A DNA stretch of 64,000 nt from Dehalococcoidales bacterium (GCA_020342155.1 CP070842.1:1108594-1172593), one strand, 5' to 3'; shown: positions 9,852 to 19,446, counted from the first letter of the stretch. Numbers and translations: made by a program. The notes: generated by a model from the letters alone, not told the origin.

Positions 9852-11189
9852 CTATCCTGTGGGGAACATCATCTCATCAGCCGTAGTGTAGCGGCGAGCC
9901 TTCGGCGGGCGGACGGTCGTCATGAGGAACGCCGCAATCGCGAACAAGCCGGCGATGACCATGAACGCCGGTTTGTAAGAGCCCATTACATCGAATACGA
10001 CATTCATAGCCAGCGGCCCGATAGCGCCGAATCCGAAAGCCATAAAGAAAGCAATCGAGCGGACCAAGCCCAGGCTGAAGCGGCCAAAGTAATCTGCCCA
10101 TATCGTCCCCTGCATCACGCCAACCCCCGACATGCCTATACCGTAGACCGCCACCGCCATCCAGAGAAATGCCGGCTGCTCAGCCACAAGGAAGAGAATC
10201 GCTGCCACGCCCTGGATAGCAAAGGGTGTGATACGAACCAGGATTTTCTGGGAATGCTCGATGAGGAGACCCATGAATGGTAGCGATGTTGCCATGATTG
10301 CAGCACGCACCGTCATTACCGATGCCACCATTGTATCCGCATAGCCCAGGTCCTGAATGTATGGCGCCAGGCTGATATTGATTCCCTGAAAAGCCATGCT
10401 GCATGCTCCGAAGGAAACGGCAAGTATCCAGAACGTCCGCGTGGCCAGCACCTCGCGGCGACTCCATATCGGCTCTCTAAGTGGTGTATAGTTGCTGGTT
10501 GTGTTATCCTCGCTGTGGTCCCCTGCTCTGGCTTGATTGGGGTCGATTCCATCGGGGTATAGTCCCATGTCTTCTGGCCGGCGACGCATTAACAGAAGTG
10601 AAGGGATAAGTACCACCAGCCACGTGATGACCGCAAAGACGACAAACATCGTTCGCCAGCCGTGAGCACCGATTATGAAAACAGTCAAAGGCACGAAGGC
10701 CATATTGCTGATGTTGCTACCAAGGCGGGCAATGGCAACAGCCCGGCCACGCTTCTTTACGAACCAGTTGTTGATGGCCACGTCTGTCACCAGATTGCCC
10801 ATCAGGGTGAACCCAAGGGCCACGACGATACCCCGTAAGAGGTAGAACTGCCAGATGGCATCGATTTGGGTTACGGCGAGCATGGCCAGGCTTACAATGA
10901 CGGCCCCGACAGGCATTAATAGCCGGGAGCCGTACCGGTCGATAAACGGGCCAACGATGGGGGCAACCATCGCCTCGGCCACCCTGGCAATTGTCTGCAC
11001 GGCCGCCAGAGCGCTACGGTTCCAGCCAAACTCATTCTGAAAAGGCCTGAAGAAGAACCCCAGCATGGACGAGTGATGCTCGGCGTAGGCAAGATGAGCC
11101 ATGAAAGAAGCCGCGACCACATTCCAGCCGTAGAAGTAACGAGGCTTTTTCTTAGTGGCATCAACCATCTTGCCAGTCATGACCCACAC
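9852..11189 (-). CDS. MFS transporter
   Basis: It has about 12 hydrophobic segments, a central cytoplasmic loop, and an MFS-like GPFIDRYGSR loop motif. Confidence 0.8.
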   Translation of the reverse strand: MWVMTGKMVDATKKKPRYFYGWNVVAASFMAHLAYAEHHSSMLGFFFRPFQNEFGWNRSALAAVQTIARVAEAMVAPIVGPFIDRYGSRLLMPVGAVIVSLAMLAVTQIDAIWQFYLLRGIVVALGFTLMGNLVTDVAINNWFVKKRGRAVAIARLGSNISNMAFVPLTVFIIGAHGWRTMFVVFAVITWLVVLIPSLLLMRRRPEDMGLYPDGIDPNQARAGDHSEDNTTSNYTPLREPIWSRREVLATRTFWILAVSFGACSMAFQGINISLAPYIQDLGYADTMVASVMTVRAAIMATSLPFMGLLIEHSQKILVRITPFAIQGVAAILFLVAEQPAFLWMAVAVYGIGMSGVGVMQGTIWADYFGRFSLGLVRSIAFFMAFGFGAIGPLAMNVVFDVMGSYKPAFMVIAGLFAIAAFLMTTVRPPKARRYTTADEMMFPTG

Positions 11190-11407
11190 TAGTACCTGTC
11201 AGGATTAACAATTCGGGGAATGCGGCCGGAATTAGGATAGTGGACGCAAGCAATTCTTCAGCGAAGTATGTCTGCCGGAAGGTTATCACACGAGGTATTA
11301 TACACTATGCTGGAATATCGCTACTTACAAAAGGGGGCGGGATTACTCCAAGAAGAAAAAGACGACATCCGTACTATAGCGATTATTAGTCTTTTGCTTC
11401 GTCTATA

Positions 11408-12094
11408 TTACCAAGAAACCATGATGATTCCGCCCAGAAAATGAGTTAATATTGCCCACTGTAAGGTGCCCGTCTTTTTAGTTAAATAACTCAGATACAA
11501 TCCCATTGCTACCGGACCTATCATCATGCCCAACAGATTACCACCAAGTACTGAGACAGGTACAAAATGCCATACGCCGAACCATATGCCCGGCCATATC
11601 ATCCTGTAGAAGATACTATCAGGGAATAGTGTTACATATACACCTCGCCACAGCACTTCTTCGAAGAAACCATTGCCAACAGTTGTCGAAAATATAAGAA
11701 TCAAAATCCATAGGCTTGTTTTCTCGTACCCTGGCATTCCTGGTACAAGCCTGGCACCGACTGCACCTAATAAGGGAATGGCCATCAGTAAGAGCATTTT
11801 CTTACTGAGTTTCTGAGGCTTTAGTAGCGCCTTAATATTTTCTTTACCAATAATCACAAGAGGAAAGACTGCGCCCCAGATTAGCCAGTATATTGCCAGT
11901 CCGAGGTACCACGCTACCCTGTCATTAGCTAGTGCCTCTACTAATAAGTGAAAAACAGGGTACATAGAGGCCATCAATATTAGTGGTGCAATAACAGCAA
12001 TTATTCGTTTTTTGTCAGTAAGACTAACCAGCATATTGGCTTTTATTCGACTCGTACATCTAAATGCAGAGTCAGACATCATTACTGCTTTCAT
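11408..12094 (-). CDS. CPBP-family intramembrane glutamic endopeptidase (CAAX protease-like)
   Basis: It is a polytopic membrane protein with the EEVLWRG motif and downstream FGVWH / HF motifs. Confidence 0.75.
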   Translation of the reverse strand: MKAVMMSDSAFRCTSRIKANMLVSLTDKKRIIAVIAPLILMASMYPVFHLLVEALANDRVAWYLGLAIYWLIWGAVFPLVIIGKENIKALLKPQKLSKKMLLLMAIPLLGAVGARLVPGMPGYEKTSLWILILIFSTTVGNGFFEEVLWRGVYVTLFPDSIFYRMIWPGIWFGVWHFVPVSVLGGNLLGMMIGPVAMGLYLSYLTKKTGTLQWAILTHFLGGIIMVSW

Positions 12095-12106
12095 ACTGCA
12101 CCTCCT

Positions 12107-12559
12107 CTAGCCAACTTTCTCGAAGGCTTTTGTTATATTTTGGTAAGCCTCTTCTAGGAAAGGCAGTACTTTATTCAGTTCATCGGAAGGTGTTTTATTA
12201 AGAACATATTCATACCCAGTTTGAATCAAGTCCATCGCTTGTGCACAGGCATTCCTACCACTATTAGTCAGTATCAACCTATTTACTCTCCGGTCGGTCT
12301 TATCCCGTTTGCGTATAAGCCACTCCTTCTTTTCGAGGGAGTCACAGAGTACCATTGCCGTTGTGGCATCTGTTTCCAGTAGTTCAGCCAATTCTCGCTG
12401 TGTAATGTTGTCCTTCCGAACTAAAGCCATTAGTGCACCGAACTGGGGATAGGTCATTTTGAGCGTTTTAATGCGTCGTTCAGTGAATTTTCTAGTCCTG
12501 ATATGGATACCGGCAATCAGTTGAATGAATTTAAAATAGGGCTCATTCTCGAATAACAT
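12107..12559 (-). CDS. MarR-family transcriptional regulator
   Basis: The winged-HTH core is LTYPQFGALMALVRKDNITQRELAELLETDATTAMVLCDSLEKKEWLIRKRDKTDRRV. It lies immediately upstream of the CPBP gene. Confidence 0.85.
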   Translation of the reverse strand: MLFENEPYFKFIQLIAGIHIRTRKFTERRIKTLKMTYPQFGALMALVRKDNITQRELAELLETDATTAMVLCDSLEKKEWLIRKRDKTDRRVNRLILTNSGRNACAQAMDLIQTGYEYVLNKTPSDELNKVLPFLEEAYQNITKAFEKVG

Positions 12560-12709
12560 TCTAATTCTCCTGTATTATCATACCTGTTATTATTATATAT
12601 ATGATTATCACAATTGTCAATATATTTTGGGGAATATTTTCCTATAATTTCACGATATATATAACGTGGTGGTGAAAGGTCAAGAGCAGAGGATTCTAGC
12701 TTTTTACAG

Positions 12710-12785
12710 TGGTACCCTGGTGCGACTCGGACGCACGACACACGTCTTAGGAAACCGTTGCTCTATCCTACTGAGCTACAGGAGC
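12710..12785 (-). tRNA. degenerate copy of tRNA-Arg(CCT), probable pseudo-tRNA
   Basis: It aligns end to end with the intact gene at 30782-30858. However, it lacks one G in the 3' acceptor strand, has TCCGA instead of TTCGA in the T-loop, and has a broken anticodon stem (ACGGT / GACGT). Confidence 0.6.
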
Positions 12786-12840
12786 ATGTAGCCCGGTTTC
12801 GGGCAACCTCACCAGACACTCGCGTTGTACGTTGTCCACA

Positions 12841-12914
12841 CTCACCGCACAGGTGATTACAGCACGTTCTTTCCTTGTCAGTCACCACCGTTGTTGTTAT
12901 ACTGAAATTCACCC
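12841..12914. repeat. copy of the block upstream of tRNA-Arg (partner at 30866-30940)
   Basis: By manual alignment, ctcaccgcacaggtgattaYagcacgttctttccttgtcagtcaccaccgttgttgYtatact... is shared with only a few substitutions. Confidence 0.8.
12875..12903 (+). promoter_or_regulatory. sigma70-like promoter inside the duplicated block (TTGTCA-17-TATACT), facing the fmdE-like operon
   Basis: The hexamers and 17-nt spacer were read directly. The same sequence is present at 30900-30928. Confidence 0.45.
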
Positions 12915-12956
12915 GAAGCGTTGGCACCGTGACTGGCAGTCAAGTGGGATGAGAGA

Positions 12957-13577
12957 GTGATGAAGAACGTTACCTCCTCTGAAATCACCGTTTGCGGCCA
13001 TACTTATGATGAATACATCGAGATGATAAAAGCCTTCCACGGGCATGTTGCACCGGGAATGGTTATCGGTGGATTCATGGTTGACTTAGCCAACCGAAAT
13101 CTTCCGCAAGGTGAGTATTTTGATGCCATATGTGAGACCCGTGCCTGTCTTCCCGATGCCATTCAACTTCTTACCCCGTGTACGGTAGGTAATGGATGGT
13201 TAAGGGTTGTCGACCTAGGCCGGTTTGCCCTGTCGTTATTCGAAAAATATACGGGGGACGGTGTGCGGGTGTATGTGAATAGTCGGAAGCTCGATGACTG
13301 GCCCGAGATCAAAGCTTTCTTTTTCAAACTGACACCCAAGAAAGAACAGGATTCTGAGGCACTAATTGCTGAAATGAACCGCGCTCATACATCAATCCTT
13401 GGCGTTCAAAAAGTGACGATTGACCTGAATGCCATCAAATCCAGCCGCCGTGATGTTTTTACCACTTGTTGGTTGTGCGGTGAAGGTTATCCCGAAAATG
13501 ACGGCGAAATCTGTTTGGGCTGTCAAGGGAAAGCGCCTTATTCGCATTTTGAAATTCTGAGTTCGGGGGAAGATTAG
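12957..13577 (+). CDS. FmdE-family protein with C-terminal zinc-ribbon
   Basis: It has an FmdE-like core (FHGHVAPGMVIGGFM) and a C-terminal CWLCGE....CLGC. Confidence 0.75.
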   Translation: MMKNVTSSEITVCGHTYDEYIEMIKAFHGHVAPGMVIGGFMVDLANRNLPQGEYFDAICETRACLPDAIQLLTPCTVGNGWLRVVDLGRFALSLFEKYTGDGVRVYVNSRKLDDWPEIKAFFFKLTPKKEQDSEALIAEMNRAHTSILGVQKVTIDLNAIKSSRRDVFTTCWLCGEGYPENDGEICLGCQGKAPYSHFEILSSGED

Positions 13578-13622
13578 AGCTACCGCTCCAGTTACGAAAT
13601 AACTGTAGAGGAGGTACTGAGT

Positions 13623-15869
13623 ATGTTATGGAAGAAAACTGCCTGTGTATTGTGTGGCAATAGTTGCGGTCTGGAAGTCCAGGTTGAAGACAACCGTATC
13701 ATAAAAGTCCGCCCGGACAAGGATGACCCCAGGAGTGAAGGGTATTTATGTCGGAAGGGGATGAACATTGCTTTCCATCAGCACAATGCCGACCGTGTAC
13801 TCTATCCACTGAAGAGGGTGGGAGAGAAATTCGAACGGATTTCCTGGGATCAGGCAATCAGCGAGATTTCAGAAAAGCTCAAGGCGATACTCCAGCAACA
13901 CGGAGTGCGCTCTTTAGCCTCACTGGTCAGTATCGGGGAGTTCGGCTATGGCAACTACGGTCTCCAGTATTGCGCTCGCCTTGTCCGTAGGCTTGGCTCA
14001 CGGTACCAGTATTCAGCCGCCAACCAGGAATTTGCCGGTCGCTATTGGGCGCATGGTCTGACGCTGGGAAGTCAGGGAATGGGTCTGGCATCCGACTTTG
14101 AAAATACCGACATGCTGCTACTTGTCGGGAAGAACCCTCTGATGAGTCACAATTTCCCCCAGGCACGGAGAAGACTGACAAAGATGTCAAAGGACCCGGA
14201 GCGGCTCCTTGTGGTGGTCGACCCACGACTGTCGGAGACCGCTAAGATAGCGGATATTCATCTGGCAATCCGCCCCGGCACCGATGCTCTCCTCATCAAG
14301 TCTATGATTTCCATTATTCTCAGCGATGAGATGCATGACCAGGAATTCATAGGCAAATATACAAACGGATTCAGCGAGATACTACCGTGGTTTGCCGACT
14401 TTGATGTAAAGGCTGCGCTGAAGGTCTGTGAACTTGATTACGACCAGGTCTTCAAGGTCTGCCAGGAGTTCACCAGCCGAAAGTCGTGCCTGATTGATGA
14501 CCTTGGCATACTGATGAACCGGCACAGCGCGCTCGTCTCGTACCTGCTAGTTGTGCTGCTGGCTATCTGTGGTCGTATCAGCGTACCCGGGGGGAACTAC
14601 CTAGTAGGAGGTGGACCCAGCTCAGACCCGAACGACCCGCGGACGTGGCGAACACTGATAACGGATATTCCCGCCATCAATGGTCTGTTCCCTCCTAATG
14701 TGCTACCAGAAGAGATTATGAGTGACCATCCAGACCGTATCAGAGCCGTACTTACCTTTGCATCCAATCCGTTGCGTTCGTATGCCGATACAACTGCATA
14801 CGAAAATGCTTTTCGCCAGCTTGAGCTACTGGTTGTCACTGAAATAGCAATGAGTGAGACGGCCGCCCTGGCCCATTATGTTCTTCCTTCCAAGACAGCC
14901 TACGAATCATGGAGCGGCACTCTTAGCTCGGGTTCCCCGGAAGTTTATGGCTGGATACGGCGACCTGTTGTAGAGGCCGAAGGAGAGCAAAAAGAAGGTG
15001 GCGAGATATTCACGCTTCTGGCCGATGCCATGGGACTGATTCCTGAGCTACCCGAATCGCTCTATCAGGCTGCCAGAAGCGGCAACATCAGGGAATACCG
15101 GGATACGTTCAGGGACTATATGACTGCTAATCCTGAGAGCGGTAGATTCATGCAGTTCATCACCGCGAAAACCCTGGGCAATGCAATGGGTTCCGCTCAT
15201 TTGGCCGGTCTTTTCAGCATGTTGTTTCTACCGAGGCCCCGGGCAAGTCAGGAAGAGGCTGCAAAAGCCGGTTTTGCCGTGGGAGAAGACCAGGGCCTGG
15301 ACATATATAAGGCCATCATCGACCATATAGATGACCAGGAAGGCGTGCTGGTAGGAATACGCAGCCCAGCCGATCCATACAAGAATATCGAGTCAATAGC
15401 TACAGAGAACGGGAAAATCCAGCTTTATAATTCAGAGGTTGACGATTGGGTAAAAAAGATTAATGCGGATGCTGAAGAAAAATCACTAAAGCCCGATGAT
15501 GAATTCCCCCTGATTCTGATGGCAGGACGGCACATGGACATGAACGCCAATACGGAGATGCGAGACCCGGTATGGAACGAGGGCAGAAGGGCATGCACAC
15601 TGGCTATGCACCCGGCGGATGCAGAGGAACTGGGGCTTGCCGACAAACAGATGGTGAAGGTTATGACTGAAGCAGGGGAAGAAACAATAGAGGTCGAAGT
15701 GACCAAAGATACCAGGAAAGGGCAGGTCATCATTCCCCACGGATTTGGCCTAATCTATGATGGGGTGAAATACGGTGCCAATGTCAATCGGTTAACCAAG
15801 AACACCCATCGAGACCATGTCGGAACGCCAATGCATCGTTATATCCCCTGTCGTGTAGAACCGGTATGA
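13623..15869 (+). CDS. molybdopterin-dependent oxidoreductase (MopB superfamily, formate-dehydrogenase-like, cytoplasmic)
   Basis: It has the N-terminal Fe-S motif CVLCGNSCGLEV....CRKG, is 748 aa, and has a C-terminal molybdopterin dinucleotide-binding region. There is no Tat signal and no in-frame TGA. The RBS is GAGGAGGT. Confidence 0.85.
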   Translation: MLWKKTACVLCGNSCGLEVQVEDNRIIKVRPDKDDPRSEGYLCRKGMNIAFHQHNADRVLYPLKRVGEKFERISWDQAISEISEKLKAILQQHGVRSLASLVSIGEFGYGNYGLQYCARLVRRLGSRYQYSAANQEFAGRYWAHGLTLGSQGMGLASDFENTDMLLLVGKNPLMSHNFPQARRRLTKMSKDPERLLVVVDPRLSETAKIADIHLAIRPGTDALLIKSMISIILSDEMHDQEFIGKYTNGFSEILPWFADFDVKAALKVCELDYDQVFKVCQEFTSRKSCLIDDLGILMNRHSALVSYLLVVLLAICGRISVPGGNYLVGGGPSSDPNDPRTWRTLITDIPAINGLFPPNVLPEEIMSDHPDRIRAVLTFASNPLRSYADTTAYENAFRQLELLVVTEIAMSETAALAHYVLPSKTAYESWSGTLSSGSPEVYGWIRRPVVEAEGEQKEGGEIFTLLADAMGLIPELPESLYQAARSGNIREYRDTFRDYMTANPESGRFMQFITAKTLGNAMGSAHLAGLFSMLFLPRPRASQEEAAKAGFAVGEDQGLDIYKAIIDHIDDQEGVLVGIRSPADPYKNIESIATENGKIQLYNSEVDDWVKKINADAEEKSLKPDDEFPLILMAGRHMDMNANTEMRDPVWNEGRRACTLAMHPADAEELGLADKQMVKVMTEAGEETIEVEVTKDTRKGQVIIPHGFGLIYDGVKYGANVNRLTKNTHRDHVGTPMHRYIPCRVEPV

Positions 15870-15917
15870 CGCTAACGACAGGGTATTACTTTATCAGAAG
15901 GTATAAGGAGCAAAACA

Positions 15918-16619
15918 TTGAAAGAAGTGAATCAAAAGAGGCTTGGTAATCTACATTTTTCGGTCCGCCTAATCATCGGGATTCTGGTATTTGGTTCTAT
16001 CTGGGGATTCCTGGAGGCTACTCTGGGCGGATTTCTTCACATGGTTGTATTCCCTAACAAGGGTGCCATTATGAGCGGCATCGGTGTAGCTATTATGGCC
16101 TCGGCTTTAGCCATTTACAGGAAGCCGGTTATGCTGCCGGGAATAGGTATCGTGGCTGCCTCGTTTAAGCTACTCGACGTCTGGTTGTTCTCCTTGCCTA
16201 TTGGCAGCATCCATATAATAAACCCGGCCATGGCCATTGTTTTTGAATCGCTAGCTTTCGGTCTGGTTGCGATAATTATAACGAACAGAATAGCGAGGAA
16301 TGCCTTCATCGGGATTGGAGCAGGAGCTTTAGTAGGTATTATTAGCGCCATTGCCTGGGTCTATTTTGCCATATACGTAATGAATGCCCCTGCCTATGCC
16401 CGTGTGGTGTTTACAGCCGGGGAATTCATCACGAACCAGGGAGTACTACAGGCGGCCTTCTCTGCCATATTCCTGCCTCTGGGCTATCTGGCCAGTGAGA
16501 AGCTGGCGGCAAGGACTCCTCCATTGTTATCACGTCGGCCTGTCTACTTCGCTGTGTCAGCATCCGCAGTGATGTTCTGCTGGGGGATTAGTGCTCTGGC
16601 CATCGCGGCCGAGCTTTAG
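15918..16619 (+). CDS. polytopic membrane protein, unknown function
   Basis: The TTG start lies after AAGGAG. There are about six hydrophobic helices. It is tightly packed between the Mo-enzyme and the NTPase gene. Confidence 0.5.
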   Translation: MKEVNQKRLGNLHFSVRLIIGILVFGSIWGFLEATLGGFLHMVVFPNKGAIMSGIGVAIMASALAIYRKPVMLPGIGIVAASFKLLDVWLFSLPIGSIHIINPAMAIVFESLAFGLVAIIITNRIARNAFIGIGAGALVGIISAIAWVYFAIYVMNAPAYARVVFTAGEFITNQGVLQAAFSAIFLPLGYLASEKLAARTPPLLSRRPVYFAVSASAVMFCWGISALAIAAEL

Positions 16620-16627
16620 TCAAGGCG

Positions 16628-17149
16628 ATGGTTATTGTTATTACCGGTGCCATAGGCATTGGTAAGACTACTGTTTGTGAGAAGGTAATTGAGATAGCCC
16701 GAAGTCAGGGATATAGCTGTGGTGGTGTCATTGCTCATAAAATACAGAATGAGGACATCATCATTGAAGACGTTCAAACCGGCGAAACAAAGGTACTGGC
16801 CAGTACGAGCAACATCTATCAGGGCACTCAGACGCCGAAGTATTCCTTCAACCCTGAGGGTATCGACTTCGGGATTCAGGCAATAGACAGGGGAACTGAC
16901 TTAGACATTCTTCTGGTTGATGAGCTCGGTCATCTGGAACTACGTGGAGAGGGATTTGCCGATGTCGTTGAGAAGATAGCTGCCGGGAAGGTCAAGAACT
17001 GCATTCTGGTGATACGCAAGGAACTGCTTCCTGCTCTCCTACCTCAGCTGGGTGTAGCCACATCAGTCTTTGAGACCACCATTGGTAACCGTAACCAGCT
17101 ACCCCGAGAGATAGGTATGGTATTAAGCCAAGCAGCTACAGCAGACTAG
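16628..17149 (+). CDS. P-loop NTPase (THEP1/DUF2478-like)
   Basis: It has Walker A ITGAIGIGKTT and Walker B LLVDELG, and is 173 aa. Confidence 0.65.
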   Translation: MVIVITGAIGIGKTTVCEKVIEIARSQGYSCGGVIAHKIQNEDIIIEDVQTGETKVLASTSNIYQGTQTPKYSFNPEGIDFGIQAIDRGTDLDILLVDELGHLELRGEGFADVVEKIAAGKVKNCILVIRKELLPALLPQLGVATSVFETTIGNRNQLPREIGMVLSQAATAD

Positions 17150-17190
17150 AGATCAGTAAATTGGGAGATTGTTAAGTCAAAGGTAAAATC

Positions 17191-17233
17191 TGGTACCCCT
17201 AGTGCGACTCGAACGCACGGCACGCGGTTTAGG
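17191..17233 (-). repeat. 43-nt copy of the 3' half of tRNA-Arg(CCT) (att-like direct repeat)
   Basis: tggtacccctagtgcgactcgaacgcacggcacgcggtttagg matches 30782-30824 except at 3 positions. It ends in the anticodon loop. Confidence 0.7.
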
Positions 17234-17416
17234 TAATCACTCTATGGTTTGCCCTCTTCCGCCATTAGTCAAGAGTCTGTATAATGGCGAAGAGATGCCC
17301 AACTACCCGAGAGATATGACTGCATCCAGGGTTCATATTACCACAGCGACGATTTCAACCGGGCAATAATCGCCATAACCGAGTCAGGCAGATATAACCG
17401 AAAAGGAGTTCAGATA

Positions 17417-18211
17417 ATGGATTATGAGGACATCATCTATACCGAAGATGACGGCATCGCCACCATGACCCTTAATCGACCGGATGAAATGAATGCCCTC
17501 ACCCCCGGTATGCGGGAAAGCATGTACCAGGTAATCGAAAATATTACGAAGGATAAAACTGTGAGAGTGCTGATTATCACCGGTGCCGGTCGTGCCTTTT
17601 GCTCCGGTGCCGATGTTAAATCACTGGCTGGGAATGCTAACCGTCCAGTCAGCCAGAGAAGACCCGCTAGAACAGGCAGCGGTCGTGTCTCAGTTCATGT
17701 CCTCATGCAGAAATGTGAGAAACCGATAATTGCGGCAGTTAATGGAGTGGCCGCAGGTGCCGGGCTCGACCTTGCCCTAGCCTGTGACATCAGGATTGCT
17801 TCGGATAACGCCAGGTTCACAGAAGTCTATATACGCCGAGGACTTCTCCCTGTTGAAGGAGGTATTTATTTATTACCAAGAATTGTCGGAGTAGACAAAG
17901 CCTGTCAACTGATCTGGACAGGTGATATGATTGATGCCAGGGAAGCCGAGCGCATAGGGCTTGTAACTACGGTCATTCCCCATGACGAATTGGAAATCGC
18001 TACCAGAGAACTGGCCGAGAAGCTGGCCAAAGCAGCCCCGCTGGCGATTCAAAGGGCTAAACGTGCTATATACGCCGGGTTGGACATGAATCTGGAATCA
18101 AGTATGGAGTACATTCAGCCACTAATGAGAGAAATCATGCATTCGGAGGACCATAAAGAGGGAACGAAAGCATTTCTGGAAAAGAGAGAGCCAATATTCA
18201 GGGGAGAATAG
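17417..18211 (+). CDS. enoyl-CoA hydratase/isomerase (crotonase) family protein
   Basis: It has crotonase motifs (ITGAGRAFCSGADV, AAVNGVAAGAGLDLALACDIRIA) and an AAAAGGAG RBS. Confidence 0.85.
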   Translation: MDYEDIIYTEDDGIATMTLNRPDEMNALTPGMRESMYQVIENITKDKTVRVLIITGAGRAFCSGADVKSLAGNANRPVSQRRPARTGSGRVSVHVLMQKCEKPIIAAVNGVAAGAGLDLALACDIRIASDNARFTEVYIRRGLLPVEGGIYLLPRIVGVDKACQLIWTGDMIDAREAERIGLVTTVIPHDELEIATRELAEKLAKAAPLAIQRAKRAIYAGLDMNLESSMEYIQPLMREIMHSEDHKEGTKAFLEKREPIFRGE

Positions 18212-18263
18212 GCAGCGATACTAAAAAATGCCTACCCCCCCCCACTCAACATTGGAGGGATAA

Positions 18264-18380
18264 TTATCTTCGTCAGGACATGCAACAGTGGCATTTACAC
18301 TTGACACCTACAGTCATGTAGTGCCTGGGTTGTAGGAGGCTGCTGCAAGAGCTTTTGATGAGAATCTCAAAATCATTACT
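18264..18380 (+). pseudogene. relic of the C-terminus of a tyrosine recombinase (phage-type integrase)
   Basis: It translates to SGHATVAFTLDTYSHVVPGL*EAAARAFDENLKI. This is the GH..(x)TLDTYSH catalytic-Tyr box with a TAG where homologues usually have Gln. No upstream part of the gene remains. Confidence 0.6.
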
Positions 18381-18402
18381 CATTCGGGCGGAGGATAGAT
18401 AA

Positions 18403-19101
18403 ATGTCATATAAACGTTTGAATTCATATAAGGGACATCTTGGGCCTGCACAAGTCAGCGAAGGCATGAACCTTGCTCGTAAAAACGCTATTCGTTTGCT
18501 GGAGGATGCCAAAATCCTTTACGAAAATAACCGATATCCGTCCGCCACTGCCTTAGCTATTCTTTCCATTGAAGAATCTGGTAAAACGTCTATTCTCCGT
18601 CAGTTGTCTTTAGTTAAACCAGACGAAGAACTAAAAAATACTTGGAAGGAATATCGTTCTCATACCAAAAAGAACGTGCTGTGGACATTGCTTGATATGG
18701 TAAATAAAGGCGCACAACAATTGGATGACTTTAAACCTATGTTTGACCCTGCATCAGAACACCCTTATGTTTTGGATAATATTAAACAAATCAGTTTTTA
18801 CACTGATTGCTTAGGGCAAGCCCACTGGTCCAATCCATCTGAAATAATAAACAGGAATCTAGCCTCAAGTTTGATATTTGTTGCAGAAGCCTTATCTGTT
18901 GGTTATGAGATAACTACAAAAGAAATCGAGTTATGGATTAAACATCTCGGCAATGCAGATATTTCTTATGAAAGTCAGAAAAAGGCAGTACTTAATTGGT
19001 ATTATGATATGGAAAATAACGGTCTGTTGCCATCTGATTATAGCTTCACAGACGTAATGAAATGGCTTGGTTTCAATATCGACGATATATCCTCGGAATA
19101 G
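18403..19101 (+). CDS. AbiV-like (HEPN-type) abortive-infection family protein
   Basis: The N-terminal pattern NLARKNAIRLLEDAKILYENNRYPSATALAILSIEESGK matches what I recall of AbiV-family proteins. The gene is AT-rich and sits between two att-like repeats. Confidence 0.55.
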   Translation: MSYKRLNSYKGHLGPAQVSEGMNLARKNAIRLLEDAKILYENNRYPSATALAILSIEESGKTSILRQLSLVKPDEELKNTWKEYRSHTKKNVLWTLLDMVNKGAQQLDDFKPMFDPASEHPYVLDNIKQISFYTDCLGQAHWSNPSEIINRNLASSLIFVAEALSVGYEITTKEIELWIKHLGNADISYESQKKAVLNWYYDMENNGLLPSDYSFTDVMKWLGFNIDDISSE

Positions 19102-19121
19102 CAAAAGATTAGCAGAAACAT

Positions 19122-19159
19122 GAAGCCCTCTAAACATCTGTAACAAAGAGGGCTTTTTA
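19122..19159 (+). terminator. Rho-independent terminator after the AbiV-like gene
   Basis: GAAGCCCTCT ... AGAGGGCTT stem followed by a T run. Confidence 0.6.
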
Positions 19160-19171
19160 GCTTTAAAAATC

Positions 19172-19216
19172 TGGTACCCCTGGTGCGACTCGAACGCACG
19201 ACACACGGTTTAGGAA
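19172..19216 (-). repeat. 45-nt copy of the 3' half of tRNA-Arg(CCT) (att-like direct repeat)
   Basis: tggtacccctggtgcgactcgaacgcacgacacacggtttaggaa is identical to 30782-30826. It shares extra flanks (aaaatc on the left, taYggtttRccc on the right) with the copy at 17191. Confidence 0.8.
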
Positions 19217-19446
19217 GTAGTATTACGGTTTACCCACGAAAGCCAGTCAATTTGTGCCCGAGAGACGGTGGATATTGGCACTTTTTTCTTCAGATTAGCG
19301 TGTCAACCTCCCGGTCAATTACGGGAGATTTGCAGAAAAAATTCGGAAATAATTCAACCTTTAACAGCGAAAAAAGGCTTGTACAAAATGATAAGGAAAA
19401 CTTAGTTAGTCTCGCTTACTTAGGGGGGTTTATATTCAGTCTGTAT

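Noticed and set aside
13623-15869. The molybdopterin oxidoreductase as a selenocysteine-containing formate dehydrogenase that would support Sec usage in this organism.
   Set aside because: The ORF is continuous with no in-frame TGA. It therefore gives no evidence for or against Sec decoding.
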